Below, piece after piece: positions 1 to 14,290 of a stretch of DNA of 64,000 nt. The stretch is from Isurus oxyrinchus (taxonomy: Eukaryota). Both the position numbers and the translations under genes were made by a program. How positions within the stretch are numbered: the first letter of the stretch is position 1; every line of letters starts with the position of its first letter. The stretch is from contig JANJGN010000009.1 in assembly GCA_026770705.1 (NCBI GenBank), forward strand, positions 122,636,001 through 122,700,000, read 5' to 3'. The notes below the pieces were generated by a model. That model did not search any database. It worked only from the letters and a program-made list of their open reading frames with translations, and had not been told where the DNA came from.

Positions 1-20
1 ATTCACAACCAACAATACTA

Positions 21-340
21 TAACAAAAGCAAAGTACTGCCAAAAGTGGAAATTTGATCTGAAAAACAGAAAAGGATAGAAATGTTCAGTAGGTCCAGCA
101 GTATCTGTGGAGAGAAAAATCAAGAGTTAATGTTTTGGGTCCTGACCTTTCATTAGAATTAGAAGAATTTAGAGACTTAAAGGTTTATACACAGACACAG
201 CCAGGTGAGGAAGTAGAGTAGGGAATACTAAGAGGAAAGTCTGTGATAGGGTGTAGGGCAGGAGTGATTAAATGGTAGAAGGGGTGATTGTAACAAGCCA
301 AAATGACAAGTAAAGAAACAAGAAAGGTCTAGAGGGTGTG
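21..340 (-). mobile_element. Old Penelope-like element terminus with degenerate hammerhead motif (125-160)
   Basis: Resembles the arm at 19832-20000. The minus strand reads aattCTAATGAaaggtcaggacccAAAAcattaact. Confidence 0.6.
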
Positions 341-1829
341 AATGAAAACAGAACCATTTATAAAGTAAGTTTTGCAGCAGGCCATAGTGTCTAAAATATT
401 TTTACTGTGGCTTTAAATTTGAAGATAATCCGTGAATTTGAAATTGTTTGTTTATAAGCTTAGTTTGTGATGTAGGCAGGCTATAATACTGCATATGAAT
501 AACTTTTGACTGGTCTGTCATTTCAGCCCCAGTGTAGTGTTGCATTAGATTTATCCAAACATAAAGATTATACTATAACTGAAGTGATCCCTCTTAGTAG
601 CATACCATATGCTGAAGTGCTGTCAACTCCTTACCAATTTATTTATGCATCTGTCTGTGAACTTTATTCCCTTTCAAATACTTTATTTTTAACACACTTT
701 TTTGCACTTGTGATTACTGAAGAGGTTGATTCTCCACAAACTTCTATAGTATTTCGAAAGTGATATTTGTAAAATACACGCATGGAACATTGATGTGTAC
801 TATTCCTGAAGCCTTCTAAAACTGTGTGACCCTTGTCATATATTTTTGGCTGTCGGGCATAGCAGAGCTGCTGCTAATCTGAAGTGACCTGCTGGCTCAC
901 TCAGCTGAAGCAAGTTTTAAATGGTGAGCTGTTGCCATCTTAGAAGCAAGATGAAATCCATTTTGGCCTGTACCTGCTTTGTCACACCTGGTTGCACTCC
1001 GACATGGCATGAAAGGGAAACGTGCACATTCAATGCTTAAAGTGTATTGTAACCCACGCAAGCTTAACTGCTGTAAGTAACATTTTTAATTCTTTTACTT
1101 AAGTAACTGACAGTGCTGTTTCATGTATGCTGCATTATTATCGAAGGTATGATTTTCAACTGAGAATGCACTGTAATACGTGATGTAGTTTAGAGGAATT
1201 GCAACCATATATTGGAAATGGTGAATCAGTGCACAAGAACTGGATATGGAAGCCCAACCATGATAGGAGAAAGTAAATGAACTCCACAGATGGATGGAAT
1301 AAAATGGCTGTGCAGGTCGCGCTCAAATTTACAACTCAGTACTGCCCCTATCGCTAGTGTGGAGTATTCTGCCTCAGGAATACACCCTGACACAAGGATG
1401 AGAACTATCCGACATTGTGTGGACCTAGAGTGTTGAAGACATAACCTTACCGATGTAAGAAATTTTAATAAGAATTGAAGCATTGATGCAGCAAGGAGCA
1501 AACTGTACTTCAACAAAATGATATTGTAAGTTTATGATCATTGTGTTCTGCTTACTTGTGTGGGATCTCCAGTTTGTAATGTGTGAAGTAAAGTTAATTT
1601 GGAACACACAATTTGTCATTTGATAGTACTGTTGTTTTCAAATAAATCCTGTGACACCTAATGCAAATAATGTCTATTGAGCAAATACCTGGCCTGTTGC
1701 ATATTTTTATTCACTTGTCATTTCTGGAGGAGTTCATAGTGAAAGGATAATGTTGAAATGGGTATTGTCAGTCTGCTTATTAATGAGGTAAATGCTAAGT
1801 CCTGCGCATTCCTCTTTTTAATGTGTATA

Positions 1830-2365
1830 CAGGTAGAGTACTTCAAATCCAGCAACTTCGGGTTCAAGTTCATACCGGGTTTCAGAACTTGCCGGTTTTT
1901 GGGGGGGGATAAATTAGAACCCCTTCATTCAGTGAATAGGGGAGACAGGGAAAACCAAATGATATAATTGCAAAGTACTTTAGGTTAATGGTCATGTTGC
2001 TGCTGATATTGCTTCACTTACCACACATTGGATTTAATAACTCTTTCATGCCTCCCCCACTTCCCTCCCTTCAGCGCATCCCATTTAAAATGAGAAAAGA
2101 TCAATCAAACTGAAATGATGCTAAAAACACCCTGTACTTGTAACTGAAAACGTTTTGTTTTTAATTCATTGCAAGATTGTACAGTACTCTTAAATAGCTC
2201 TCTTTGAGCTGACTTAGGTCGGCTGCAAGAAGTGCAGGCTCGAGTCAGGTGGGTCAGTCCAAGCGGGGTCAGGTGGGCTCGGCAGTGCCGGCGGGGGGAG
2301 GGGGGAACGTTCGGTTTTCGGACACTGACGGTTTTCTGGTAGCCAGATTCAAGGTACTTTACCTG
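1830..2365. mobile_element. Tc1/mariner (Tigger/pogo-like) MITE
   Basis: TIRs CAGGTAGAGTAC / GTACTTTACCTG (11/12 match), flanked by TA on both sides. Confidence 0.75.
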
Positions 2366-2599
2366 TACTGTGATTTTCTTCCTCACTTCCACAATTGTGT
2401 ATACAAACCCCTACAAAATGTCAGAAATAAGCTGGACGTGAGTGGAAGCTCCATGATGGAGGGATTAATATATTCAATAGAACGTCTGTGATTTGCCGTT
2501 GTCTCCTGTTTAAACTGTTTTGCACAAATGTCAGGAACGTCAAGCCCACTCCTCTGTAAACCCATGTATAATTATGGAATTGTACTTCCACCCACTGAC

Positions 2600-2921
2600 C
2601 CTTTATGAATAGGAACACTAGATCCTGTTGGTGCTGGTCGTCTGACCCGACTGTCTGCTCCTCTTCCCCGGCTATGTTGACGCCGGGTGTCCCTGGAGAG
2701 GGAGCATGCGGTGTCTGCCAGCACCGTCGAGGCCTGCTGTGCTTGGTCGGCACCACAGGGACTGGGATGCTTTATCAACCCTCTTAATCACATTTTGATT
2801 TAATGTTGGTAAGTTTCCTTTAAATTTTTGTCTTTTTCTGTTTCCGCAGTTTCCCTTTAAGGGGCTGTGTTTCTTTTGTCCCTAATTTTATTAATTTAGT
2901 TTATTTGGTTAACTCAAAAAA
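2600..2921 (+). mobile_element. Tx1/L1-clade retrotransposon 3' fragment
   Basis: Frameshifted translation VSLERE-HAVSASTVEACCAWSAPQGL resembles Tx1 ORF2 C-termini. It is followed by a T-rich 3'UTR and an A-tail. Confidence 0.55.
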
Positions 2922-3719
2922 GTTATAACATTTCACCCGCTTCTCAACCAATATCAATTCAGCTCTTCCTTACAGCTGCCAATTGATCCAAATCTTTTGT
3001 GATATCCCATTACATGTCGCAATTTAAGGAGGAACAGGCACCTTTATGAAGGATGTTTCTTTGTTCATGGACCACTTTAGAGTCATCATAAGTCACAGAG
3101 ACCACAAACTGCAAATGCGTTCTCCTAGGTGAAGGAAGCATACTTAGAAACAAGGGGGTGGATAATGCCTTGAGTACATTTTAAATGTTAGCAAACATTT
3201 TGTCAAACTTAATTGCATTAAATATTATTATGATACAGGGGTATTCAGACTTTTTGTTTGTTTTTGAGATGTGTAGGCTGTAAAATGGAGGCTTTGGCCC
3301 ACAAACAAAATTAAATGCATGTTACCATTATTTGGCATCACATTGCTGATAAAAAAGCATTTTACTCTATCTGGCTAACTCAGCATCAGAACACAGGATA
3401 CACAGTTCACTGCCTATCTCCCTCAGTTGATTTCATTGCCAAATACCTTTCTAACTCTTTCTTACATTCAATAGCTTTGATCATTTCTTGGGGCAATTCA
3501 TTCCAAACATTCGTGCACTCTATGAAATTATACAGTACCTAGACCTGTCTGTTTACCTTTCCTTTTCTGAATGTTACCTCATACCCTCATCATTGTTCTC
3601 AGGACCATAGTAAGTTTCTCAGGTAAGTTGCTGATATTAAGAGTCTTGAACACCTCAATAAAATCCTGTCTCAGTTTTCTGTAACATAATCAATATATAT
3701 AGTCCGTCCTCATATTTAG

Positions 3720-6310
3720 GCACCTGATATTTTGCAGTACCACTTTTACTGTTCGTTCTGTTTCGACGTTGATAGGACTAGAAAGGAGATTCTGCTGAAA
3801 TAATTTGAACAGTTAGGAGCTAAATTAAAAAGCAGAACCTCCAAGGTAATAATCTCAGGATTACTACTTGAGTCATGGGCAAACTGGCATAGGGTTAATA
3901 AAGTCAAGGAGTTACATGCGTGGCTCAAAGATTGGCGTGGGAGGAATGGGTTTTAGTTCATGGGGCACTGGCACCCATGCAGGGCTAGAAGGGAGCTGTT
4001 TGGGAGGGGCTTCACTTGGACTGTGCTGGGACCAGTGTCCTGTCGAATCGAATAACTAGGGCTGTAGGATGGGCTTTAAACTAAATAGAGGGCGGGAAGG
4101 TTCTGGAGAGGGGATCTGTATGTTTACAAAGCAAAAGGATGTGGCAGCATTGCAGGGCAGCTATTTAGGTAATGATACCCAGAATGTGACAGGAAGGGAC
4201 AGAGTGTACAAAAATCAGCAGCAAATAAGGTCAACGGGCCAAAAATGGTAAAAAGGCAAAATTAATGGCTCTTTATTTAAATGCACATAGTGTTTGGAAC
4301 AAAATAAATGAATTAATGGCACTAATGGAGGTTAATGGGTATGATCCTATAGCCATTACAGAGACACGGTTACAAGGAGATCAAAGCTGGGAACTAAATA
4401 TTCAGGGGTATGTGACTTTTCAAAAGCACAGGCAGGAAGGAAAGGGTGTGGGGTAGCTTTGTTAGTACGAGATGGAACAAGTACAATAGCAATAAATGAT
4501 CTTGGATCGGAAGATGTTGAATCCATATGGGTGGAGGTAAGAAATAACAAGGGGAAGAAGACACTGGTGGGAGTAGCCTATAGGCCCCGTAACAGTAGAT
4601 ATACTGTGGGACAGAGAGTAAATCAGGAGATAATGAGGGCATGTAGAAAAGGCAGTACATTAATCATGGGTGACTTAAATCTTCATGTAGGCTGAGAAAA
4701 TCAAATGGCAGAGGTAGCCATGAGCAAGAATTCATAAGAGTGCATCAAATTAAAAGAAAAAACATGCAATGTGGCAAAGATTAGTGGTAAACCGGACAAT
4801 TGGGAAAGTTTTAAAAACCAACAAAAGATGACCAAAAAAAAAGAGGGAGAAAATAAACTTTGAGGGTAAACTAACAAGTGATATAAAAACAGACAGTTTT
4901 TAAAGAGCTTCTTTAAATATATAAAAAGGAAGTGAGAGGCCAAAGCAAACATGGGCTCCTTAGAGAACGAGGCTGGGGAAATAATAATGGGGAACCAGGA
5001 AATAGCAGAGGAGTTGAATAAATACTTTGCATCAGTCTTCACGGTAGAAGACACATAGCATTCCAAAGATACTAAATAATCAAGGGGCAAAAGGGGGATG
5101 GAAATAAAAACAAAAACTATCACTAAAAAAGTACTAGGGAAACTAATGGGGCTAAAGGCCGATAAGTCCCCTGGACCTGATGGGTTGCATCCTAGGATAT
5201 TAAAGGAAGTAGCTACAGAGATAATGGATGCACTGATAGTAATCTTCCAAGAACCCTTAGATTCTGGAAAAGTCCCAGAAGATTGGAAAACTCCCAATGT
5301 AAAGCCCTTATTCAAAAAGGGAGGAAGACAAATAACACGTAACTATAGGCCAATTAGCTTAACATCTGTCATTGAGAAAATGTTGGTGTCTATTATAAAG
5401 AATGTAATAGCAGAGCATTTAGAAATGCGTAATATAATCAAGCAGAGTCAGCATAGCTTCATGAAGAGGAAATCATGCCTGACAAATTTATTAGAATTCT
5501 TTGAGGAGGTAACGAGCAGGATAGATAAAGAGGAACCGGTAGATATAATATATTTGGCTTTCCAAAAGGCATTCGATAAGGTACCGCACATAAGGCTACT
5601 TAATAACATAAGAGCCCATGGTGTTGGGGGTAGTATATTAGCATGGATAGAGCATTGGCTAACTAATAGAAGATAGAGAGTTGGGATAAGGGGGACATTT
5701 TCAGGATGGCAACCTGTAACTAGTGGAGTGTCATACGAATCAGTGCCTGGTCCACAATTATTTACAATATATATTAATGACTTAGATGGGGGAAATGAAT
5801 GTACTATTTCCAAGTTTGTGGAAGTCACAAAAATAGGTGGAAGGCAAGCGGCGAGGATGACACAAAGAGTCTACAGAGATTAAGTGAGTGAACAAAAACT
5901 TGGCAGATGGAATATAATTTGGGAAAATGTGAAGTTAAACATATAAAATTCTTAGGAGGCTTGACAGGGTAGATGCTGAGAGGTTGTTTCCCCTTGTGGG
6001 AGAGTCCAGGACCAGAGGGCATGATCTCAGAGTAAGGTGTTGCCCATTTAAGACAGAGATGAGGAGGAATTTCTTTTCTCAGAGGGTAGTAAATCTGTGG
6101 AATTCTTTACCACAGAGGGCTATTGAGGCTGGGTCATTAAGTATATTCAAGGCTGAGATAGATTTTTAATGCGTAAGAGAATGAAGGGTTATGGGGAAAA
6201 GGCAGGAAAGTGGAGTTGAGGATTGTCAGATCAGCCATGATCTCATTGAATGGTGGGGCAGACCAGATGGGCCGAGTGGCTTACTTCTGCTCCTACATCT
6301 TACGGTCTTC
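3720..6310 (+). mobile_element. CR1 LINE, degenerate and internally deleted (ORF1 end, APE endonuclease, RT, 3'UTR)
   Basis: Motifs LYLNAHS..IAITET, VAYRP, IMGDLN, KSPGPDGLHPRILKE, NYRPISLTS and RRNFFSQRVVNLWNSLP, with multiple stops and frameshifts. Confidence 0.92.
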
Positions 6311-6781
6311 CTTCTCCTCCAGGTGCTATGCCCAAGAGGGTGTTGGCGACCATGGAATTCCATTGGATTGATCCATAATTAAGCTTGGCAATTAAGTATT
6401 GCAGTGTTTTGCTGTTTGCTTCTGCAGTATGGCTGACCAGGAAACTCTCCTCCTCTTCACCACCTGCCATCAGGCATTTTGGAAGCATTTACATGCTGAT
6501 AATCAACCTGCTTGGCCACATTGTGAACCCATCTTCTGTGGCCATGAAGCCCCAGAGTGGGACTTGAACCTGGAGCTTCTGCCCCAGAGATAGGGACGCT
6601 ATCATTGTGCCCCAAGAATTCCACATTGTGTTTCTTACCAGTGGCATAAAATAACTTAGGTTTAAATGCACAATGTAAGAGTTACAATCATCCTAAAAAT
6701 AACACACTATTCCAATCCAGCTCCATTCTTCAACAAAAACAAAATGTTGCAGATTGTAAGGTCATTGACCTGAAACAAATA

Positions 6782-7569
6782 AGCCAGAACTTGCAAGGAG
6801 TGGCAATCACAGTCAGATTGTTGCTCCTGTCCTTTTTAATTGCACTAGAACACAGCTGGACCTTTCTCGCCTGACGTTCTGACTCGGCTGAGTGAGAAAT
6901 ATGCTGTGCAGCTGTGTAGGAATCCTCTCAGTCCAGTGCAACAGAGTTGAGTGAAGTGAAAAAGCCACCTCTCTCATGGCACTTGGCAAGCTAGGGAGAA
7001 GGTCAGTGTGTAAGGTAAGTGAGCCGGAACAGATGGGATTGTCACTGACCATTCGACCTCCCCACCGACCATCCACCCACATCACAGGCGGATGGTCAGT
7101 GGGGAGGTTGGGTGGTCAGTGTGTGATGGTTGGGGAGGTGATTAGGGGTTCGTGGAGGTAGTTAGGGAGGTGGGGAGTTGCAGGAGATTAGTTGGGGGAG
7201 GTGTGAAGTTGTGGCAGGTAGTTGATAGGGTGCGGGGTAGTGGGGGTGTTGTCAAAGGGGGTGTGGGGAGTCGTTGGGGGTGGGGATCACTACCATAGTT
7301 ACCTAGGAGTTAGAAGTGGTTTTAATTCTTCTTTCCTGAATAACTCTTTTGTTAAGACAGTCAGATCAATTCGAAGTCTCTGATTAAATCAGAATATTGG
7401 ATGGTCCCCAGGTGCAGGATAATTTCACATTGAAAGTTTGAACTTCCTGGGCAATTCACAGACAATCTCTGCGTGGGTAATTCCAGGGGAGCCAGTGCTT
7501 CTTCAGGGGTACCTCCCAGGTACGACCGCACCCTTCACCCCACCCCCGGCGGAATGGAAGCTATGAGCC
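6782..7569. mobile_element. Possible old non-autonomous Harbinger-type element
   Basis: Degenerate ends (agccagaacttgc ... gaagctatgagcc) resemble the other GGC..AATT-type TIRs in the window, and the interior is G-rich. Confidence 0.3.
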
Positions 7570-7669
7570 ATTAACTTTTTTGACTCTACGGATGCTACAG
7601 ATTTTCTGTTTAGGAAGTAATTTGCTTTTGTCATTTAGACTAAGGTTGATTCAATCATCACTAATTTAT

Positions 7670-9780
7670 TGCACAACAACAACCTGTATTTATGAGAGCA
7701 CCTTTACTGCAGTAAAATATTCAAGGTGCTTCACGGGGGCATTTGACAGTGAGCTGTGTAAGGAGAATAATTAGGGCAGATGACCAAAAGCTTGGTTTTA
7801 AGGAGCATTTTAAAGAAAGAAAGCAAGGTAGAGAGACAGAGAAATGAAGGAAGAAAATTCCAGAACTTAGGGGCTAGGCAACTGATGGTGCGGCCACCAG
7901 TAGTGGAGCAATTTAAATCCGGGATGCTCATGAGGCCAGAATTGCAAAAGCACAAATTTTTCAGAGATTTGAAGGGCTGGAGGAGATCACAGAGATCAAG
8001 GCCATGGAGGAATTTGAAAACAGACAAGAATTTTAAAGTCAAGCATTCCTTAACCGGAAACCAACATAGTACAGGGCACGATGGCTGAATGGAACTTGAA
8101 ACAAGTTAAGACACAGGCAGCAGAGTTCTGGATGACCTCAAGTTTACAGAGGGTAGAACCTGGAAGGCCAGCCAGGCGTGGGTTAGAGTATCAAGTTTGG
8201 AGGTAACAAAGACATTGATAAGAATTTTAGCAGCAGATGAGCTGAGGCAGAAGTGGAGTCAGGTGATGTTATGGAGATGTATATAGGCAGCCTTAGTGAT
8301 GTCACTAATATGTGGTAAGCTCATCTCAAGTCAGATATGTCACAGTTTGTGAGCAGTCTGGTTTAGCCTCAGACAACCTCTGACAGGGATGGATTTGGTG
8401 ACTAAGAAACAAGGCATGGTCTGAAGGCAATGATTTTGTCTCCCCAATATTTAGTCATAGGAAATTTCTGCTCATCCAGTTCATGATGTCAGACAAGCAG
8501 ATGGACAATGCAAAGTGTGGGAATCGAGAGACATAGCAGTGAGGTAGAGCTAGGTGTCATCAACATACATATGGAAACTGACACTGTTTTCAAATGATGT
8601 AACCCGTGGTTATGTAGGTGAGAAATAGGAGGTGGCCAAGGATAAATCCTTAGGAGATACCAGTAGTAACAGTGAGGAAGTAGGAAGAGAAGCCATTGGA
8701 AGTGCTTCTCTGGTCACGGTTGTATAAGAATGTAACCAAGTGAGTGCAGTCCTGCCCTAGTGAATGATGGTGGAGAGGCATTGAGAGAGGATAGTGTTGC
8801 CAAATGTGTCAAAGGTTGCAGATAGTTCGAGGAGGATGATGAGGGATCGTTCACCTTTGTCACAGTAACGTAGGATGTCATTTGTGACTTTGAAAAGAGC
8901 AGTTTTCAGTACTGTATCAGGGGCAGAAACACGATTACAAAGATTCAAGCATGGAGTTCCAGGAAAGCTGGGCAGGGATTCGGGGTGCAGGGCAGTGAAG
9001 GGTAGCAACAGCATGTCCATAGGCTTTGGAAAGAAAAGGAAGATTGGACATGGCATGGTAGTTTTCAAGGATAAAGGGATCAATGGTTGGCTTTTTTCAA
9101 GAGTGTTGGCAAATTTGAAATGCAGGGTGACAATACCTAAGGTGAGAACACTGTTAACAATATTGGCAAACAACGGAGCCAAGAAGGAAAGTTGGGTGGT
9201 GAACAATTTAGTGGGAATAGAAGGGAGCAGAAGGTGGGTCCCATGGGGAAAAAAAGCTCAGAGGTTATGAAGAGAGAGAGGAGGGAAATTGGAACATACA
9301 AGAGCTGGGCAGGGTGGGTTCTTAGGTAGTTTGGCCAGTGGCTAGGGAAGTGGTAGAAGTGTCTAAGTGGATAACTTAACTTTAGTGACAAAATAATCCA
9401 TCCCAGAAAGAAAAACAGTTCAGACCAGTGCTCTTCTTTCCCAGTTTTACTGGGGTTTTTTTGCCTTCTGGGATAAGATCCTGACACTATTCCTACTCCT
9501 AATTCATATGTTCATATGTACTTTTTGTTGCAGGTGAGGGTGGAGGATAGGGATTTTAGAAGATGGTTTGTCGTAGAGAAAAGCACACAGGGTGGGGAGT
9601 GAATAATTTTGGAATTATAGTGGGTAGTTTTGGCAAATGAAAGCAGGATTTGATCATGCTTTTTGGAATCCAGCCAGTTCTGATGGTGAATGGCTGCCAT
9701 ATCCTTTCAAGTCTTCATCCCTTGGGTTTAAGGGAGTGCAGATGAAGGCCGAACCCCACTGTGGTCAGGGTGAGAATAGT
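7670..9780 (-). mobile_element. L2 LINE, old and 5'-truncated
   Basis: TALFKVTNDIL..SLIILLELSATFDT and FSCLAPKFWN-like motifs of L2 ORF2. Confidence 0.85.
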
Positions 9781-10189
9781 GGTTTTAATGGAGGCTAGGA
9801 TACCAAAGATCAATTCCAGATCATCTCACATAATGCTTCATGCTTGAGGCTAAAAGGCAGTCTATCAGCATATCCAGAAAGCAAAGCGCTTTGCTCCTAT
9901 TCCCAGTTAGTTCCCAAGAGATTAAAATGTTTGATGGTAATTATGTTTGTGCTCAAACAAAAGTCCCTAAACAGCAGCTGTTGCCTCATTGTAACCTAGT
10001 GAACTGTAACATATCCCAACAATTAGACAATTAGATACTAAGAAATCTTGGTCTAATTTAAACGTTATCCAACAATGAAGCAACAAAACCTGGTGAACAG
10101 CAAATTTCAAACCTCCAGGTCCATACTAATGAATAACAATAAGTACAAATAGACTGTTTTGTTGTAATGATATTTTTTGTCTCTTTATT

Positions 10190-10705
10190 TAAAAAGGGTA
10201 TCATTGCATTAGAAGCAGTTCAAACAAGGTTCACTTGTTTCATTCATAGAATGGAGGGGCTTATCTTATTAAGAAAGGTTGAAAGGTTGGGCCTTTGGAG
10301 TTTAGAAGAATGAGAGATAACCTTATTGAAGCATACAAGATCTTCAGGGGACTTGATAGGGTGGATACCGGGAAGATGTTTCCTGTTGTGGGGAAGACTA
10401 GAACAAGGGGATGCAGTTTAAAAATAAGAGGACTCCCTTTTAAAATAGAGATGAGGAGAAGTTTTATTTAAAAGCGCTGTTAGCCTGTGCAATTCTCTTC
10501 TCCAGAAAGCAGTGGAGGCTGGGCCATTGAATTTATTCAAGGCAGAGTTAGACAGATTCTTGATTGACAAGAGAGTCAAGTGTTATGGGGGCAGACAGGA
10601 AAGTGAAGTTGATACCACAACCAGATCCGTCATGATCTTATTGAATGGCTGAGTAGGCTCGAAGAGTCAAAGGGGCAGGAGTAGGCCATAAATCCTATGT
10701 TCCTT
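10190..10705 (+). mobile_element. CR1 3' fragment
   Basis: Homologous to the other CR1 3' ends in the window (e.g. 5940-6310). Confidence 0.8.
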
Positions 10706-10869
10706 GATACAATTTGTTTTGCTTTGAGGTGACAAAGGTCTAGACGTGGATGGTACAAATTTACGGTAATTAAATATCCCAACGTATTGAATTTGCTCAG
10801 TTAAACAAAATTAGTCACTATTGATTTAAATATATTGGAACTCAACTGATTTCTGAGAACATGCCCATG

Positions 10870-11720
10870 ATAGAATCACAGAATCACAGCAGAAGAGGCC
10901 TTTCAGCCCATCGAGTGTGTAATGACATGAGAAACACCTGACCTACCTAATCCCATTTACCAGCACTTGGCCCATAGCCTTGAATGTTATGACGTGACAA
11001 ATGCTCATCCAAGTACTTTTTAAAGATGTGAGGCAACCCGCCTCCACCACCCTCCCAGGCAGTGCATTCCAGACCGTCACCACCCTCTGGGTAAAAAAGT
11101 TTTTCCTCACATCCCCCCTAAACCTCCTGCCCCTCACCTAGAACTTATGCCCCCTTGTGACTGACCCTTCAACTAAGGGGAACAGCTGCCTATCCACCCT
11201 GTCCATGCCCCTCATAATCTTGTAGACCTCGATCAGGTCGCCCCCTCAGTCTTCTCTACTCCAGCGAAAACAACCCAAGTCTATCCAACCTCTCTTCAAA
11301 ACTTAAATGTTTCATCCCAGGCAACATCCTGGTGAATTGCCTCTGCACCCCCTCCAGTACAATCACATCCTTCCTATAATGTGGTGACCAGAACTGTACA
11401 GAGTACTCCAGCTGTGGCCTCACTAAGGTTCTATACAACTCCAAAATGACCTCCTGACTTTTGTAATCTATGCCTAGATTGATAAAGGCAAGTGTCCCAT
11501 ATGCCTTTTTCACTACCCCATTAACATGCCCCTCTGCCTTCATCCGTTTTACCTGTAATACTCCTGGCATTAAAGTAGAGGCCATCCAGCCTTGCCTTAC
11601 TCCCTTGAAGCTTAATGCAGCTGTACTCCCTCTGACTCGATTGTTTTACTGTATTATGATGTGTCCCTATTCTGCTAACATTCTATGTCCTCTCCCCCTG
11701 CCGAATTAGTTCAGACTCCA
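10870..11720 (-). mobile_element. CR1 3' fragment joined to an upstream CR1-like piece
   Basis: LYRTLVRPQLEYSVQFWSPHY and RKNFFTQRVVTVWNALP; 3' tandem repeat (gattctgt)n near 10872. Confidence 0.88.
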
Positions 11721-13249
11721 TAGGGAGAAAATAACTAACAACTACTCATTGCAGGGATCAACTAGAGTTAATTGCATTACTGATTATTTTTCAATATTCC
11801 ACATAATGCATATTTTTGTGTTACTTCAGCAAATATTTTTCCTTTTCTTTGAACACTAGTTTTCTGTGACTTGTGCATGCTAACTTATTTTCTTTACTGG
11901 CTATTCGACTATGCAGCAAAATAGACAGGTGATTCTCTTTACATGCAGGTAAGTTTCATTCCAAATCGCTGGATAGTGATATCGAGCATGAACATTGGGT
12001 AGTTTGGCCCCACCCTTGCTAGCACAGAATTGCGGATACCAATGGTAGCTTCTCTGCTGCTTTCCCAGGTGAGGTCAGCTAAAGACAACACAGATCACAC
12101 AATAAACCTCAGACCTCAAGGCACAGCTCAGCTTCACATTGAACAGTGCTTCACAAAGTTTCAGAAAATAGCCTCTCTCTAAATAAAATCCATGTCAGCC
12201 ATAGCGATAACATACTGAGGGAGTGGCCGTTTCACTAATTTGGAACCTTATATGTTGCAACAAATGTATTGGCCTATTAGAAAGAGAATTATAGTTGTTG
12301 CTTATTAATGTAATTGCTCTTTATTAGTATGAATTCCATTCTGATTATTAAATAAGACAAAGTGTGAGTAGAAATGGGGATAAACTGCAAGGCTTGCTAT
12401 TGAAAATGAAAACATCAGCAGATAAACAATTATTGACTGAAAAGAATGATTTGTGAAAGGTTTGAAATTCATGAATTTGTGTAAATTTTAGGGTAGATAT
12501 GAAATCCTTGCAAGAATCTTATAGTCGGGGCCTTGTTGTCAATCTCACATATATCGCTCCCAAGTGCCTATAGTGTATCATTCTTGGTGAAGAGGCATTT
12601 AAAGGCACTGTCATCTGATGTTTAGGGGGAAAGATAGTTTCACCGGATGATAAAAGAATTGAGAAGCACAAAGGTAAGCAGTTGATATTTTATTGTAAAA
12701 CACAGTGTCAGCGATGACTGACATATTTTGGATATTGAATATAATCCTATATTGTCAGCCGTAATATCTGTTACATAACAGAGGTGTTCTCTATGTGAAA
12801 CATTATTTTATTACCATATTGTAAACCTACATGAACACAAACTTTATAAACTTAAGGCAGATCGGTTTTGAAATAACTGCATTACTCAGCAGTTCTGAAC
12901 CTCCTTTCCTAAGGTACAGTGACTACTTGCTAAGAACTGAAGTTGGAGATAAACAGGAAATGGTAATTCAACAAACTTAAGATACATGGTAAGAGAAGTT
13001 AAAGAAAATCATTTCAGTTCAGTCCAAGTGAAATAGAATATATGAGTTTAGCTTCTTCCCAGATGTCCCACTGCATCATGTAGAGCTACTGAAGTGATTG
13101 GCATACAGCACCCATACTCTATAATAAAGAAAAGTATACAATTATTGCTTATATATCAGTGAGTGCAGAGCATTGGAAGGATGTTACTTTTGTGAGCTGA
13201 TTTTTGGTTTATTAAAAACGATGTTTTCCTTAGACTAATACTTCAGTAG

Positions 13250-13642
13250 TTGGGTGCGGTAGAACAGTAATCTAAAGGCCTAGATTAGTGATCTGAAGAC
13301 ATAAATTCAAATCCCACCATGGTTGCTGGGGGCATTTAAATTAAGTTAATTAAATAAATCTGGAATAAAAAGCTATTCTTAGTAATGGTGACCATAAAAC
13401 CACCATAATGTCATAAAACTCCATTTGGTTCACTGATCTCTTGTAGGAAAGGAAATCTGCCAATCTTAGGGGGTCTGGCTTACATGTGACTCCAGACCCA
13501 CAGTGTTTGACTCTTGACTGCCCTCTGAAATAGCCTAGCAAACCACTAAATTATGTCACAATCACCTTCTCAAGGACAATTATGTATGGGCAATGAATGC
13601 TGGCCTAGCCAGTGATGCCTGCATCCGATGAATTAATAAAAA
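13250..13642 (+). mobile_element. tRNA-derived SINE
   Basis: B-box-like ttcaaatcc. The body is shared with 56370-56708 and 61272-61699, and it has an A-tail. Confidence 0.75.
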
Positions 13643-13869
13643 GTACTGGTTGGCAATGTATTTCAGCCTTATATTACATACTGTGGTAGTCAATGCCATA
13701 TTTCTTCGTACACCTATTTTAAAAGGCATACAAATGCACTCAATTTGAACTGTCCAGTCACCCACATAATCAACTCACAGTTGCAATCCCAACAGATTTT
13801 ATTTGTACAGTTTTTTTCACTGCAGTTCTACATGGGCTATTATAAAAAATAAACAGAGAACTTGAATTT

Positions 13870-14290
13870 ATAAAATACCTTTCAGACGTTCCAAAGCATT
13901 TTACAACCAATGAATCACTTGTGAAGTGTAGCCAACATTGTAATGTAGGGTAACACAATAGCCAGTTTGAGCATAGTAAAGTCACATAAACAGCAATGTG
14001 ATAAATTGTTTTAGTGACTGTTGGTTGAGGAATAAATGTTGACCAGGACACCAGGAGAACACCTCTGCTTTTCTCTGAAAAGTACCATGAGTTATTTTGC
14101 ATCCTCCTGAGAGAGCGGGCAGGGACTTGGTTTAGCATCTCACCTGAGAATAAGCATCTCTGACAATGCAGCAACACCCTGAGTACTGCACTAATTAATC
14201 AGTGGAGATTGTGTGCAGAAGCCTTTGGAATGGGGTTTGAACATATGACCTCCCAACTCAAAGAGAAAGAGTGCTACTGTTGAACTAAGG
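13870..14290 (-). mobile_element. Deu-domain (SacSINE1-like) SINE
   Basis: Contains the motif ggtttagcatctcacctgaga..tgacaatgcagca..gtactgcact, recognised from memory as Deu-domain-like. Related copies occur at 27560-27880 and 50520-50940. Confidence 0.65.

Noticed and set aside
4701-5828. Long ORFs antisense to CR1 RT (also 31269-31697 and 44015-44362)
   Set aside because: These are shadow ORFs of LINE coding sequence.
13250-13320. tRNA genes at SINE heads (also 56370, 61272 and 62652)
   Set aside because: Only A/B-box-like remnants attached to SINE bodies; no complete cloverleaf.
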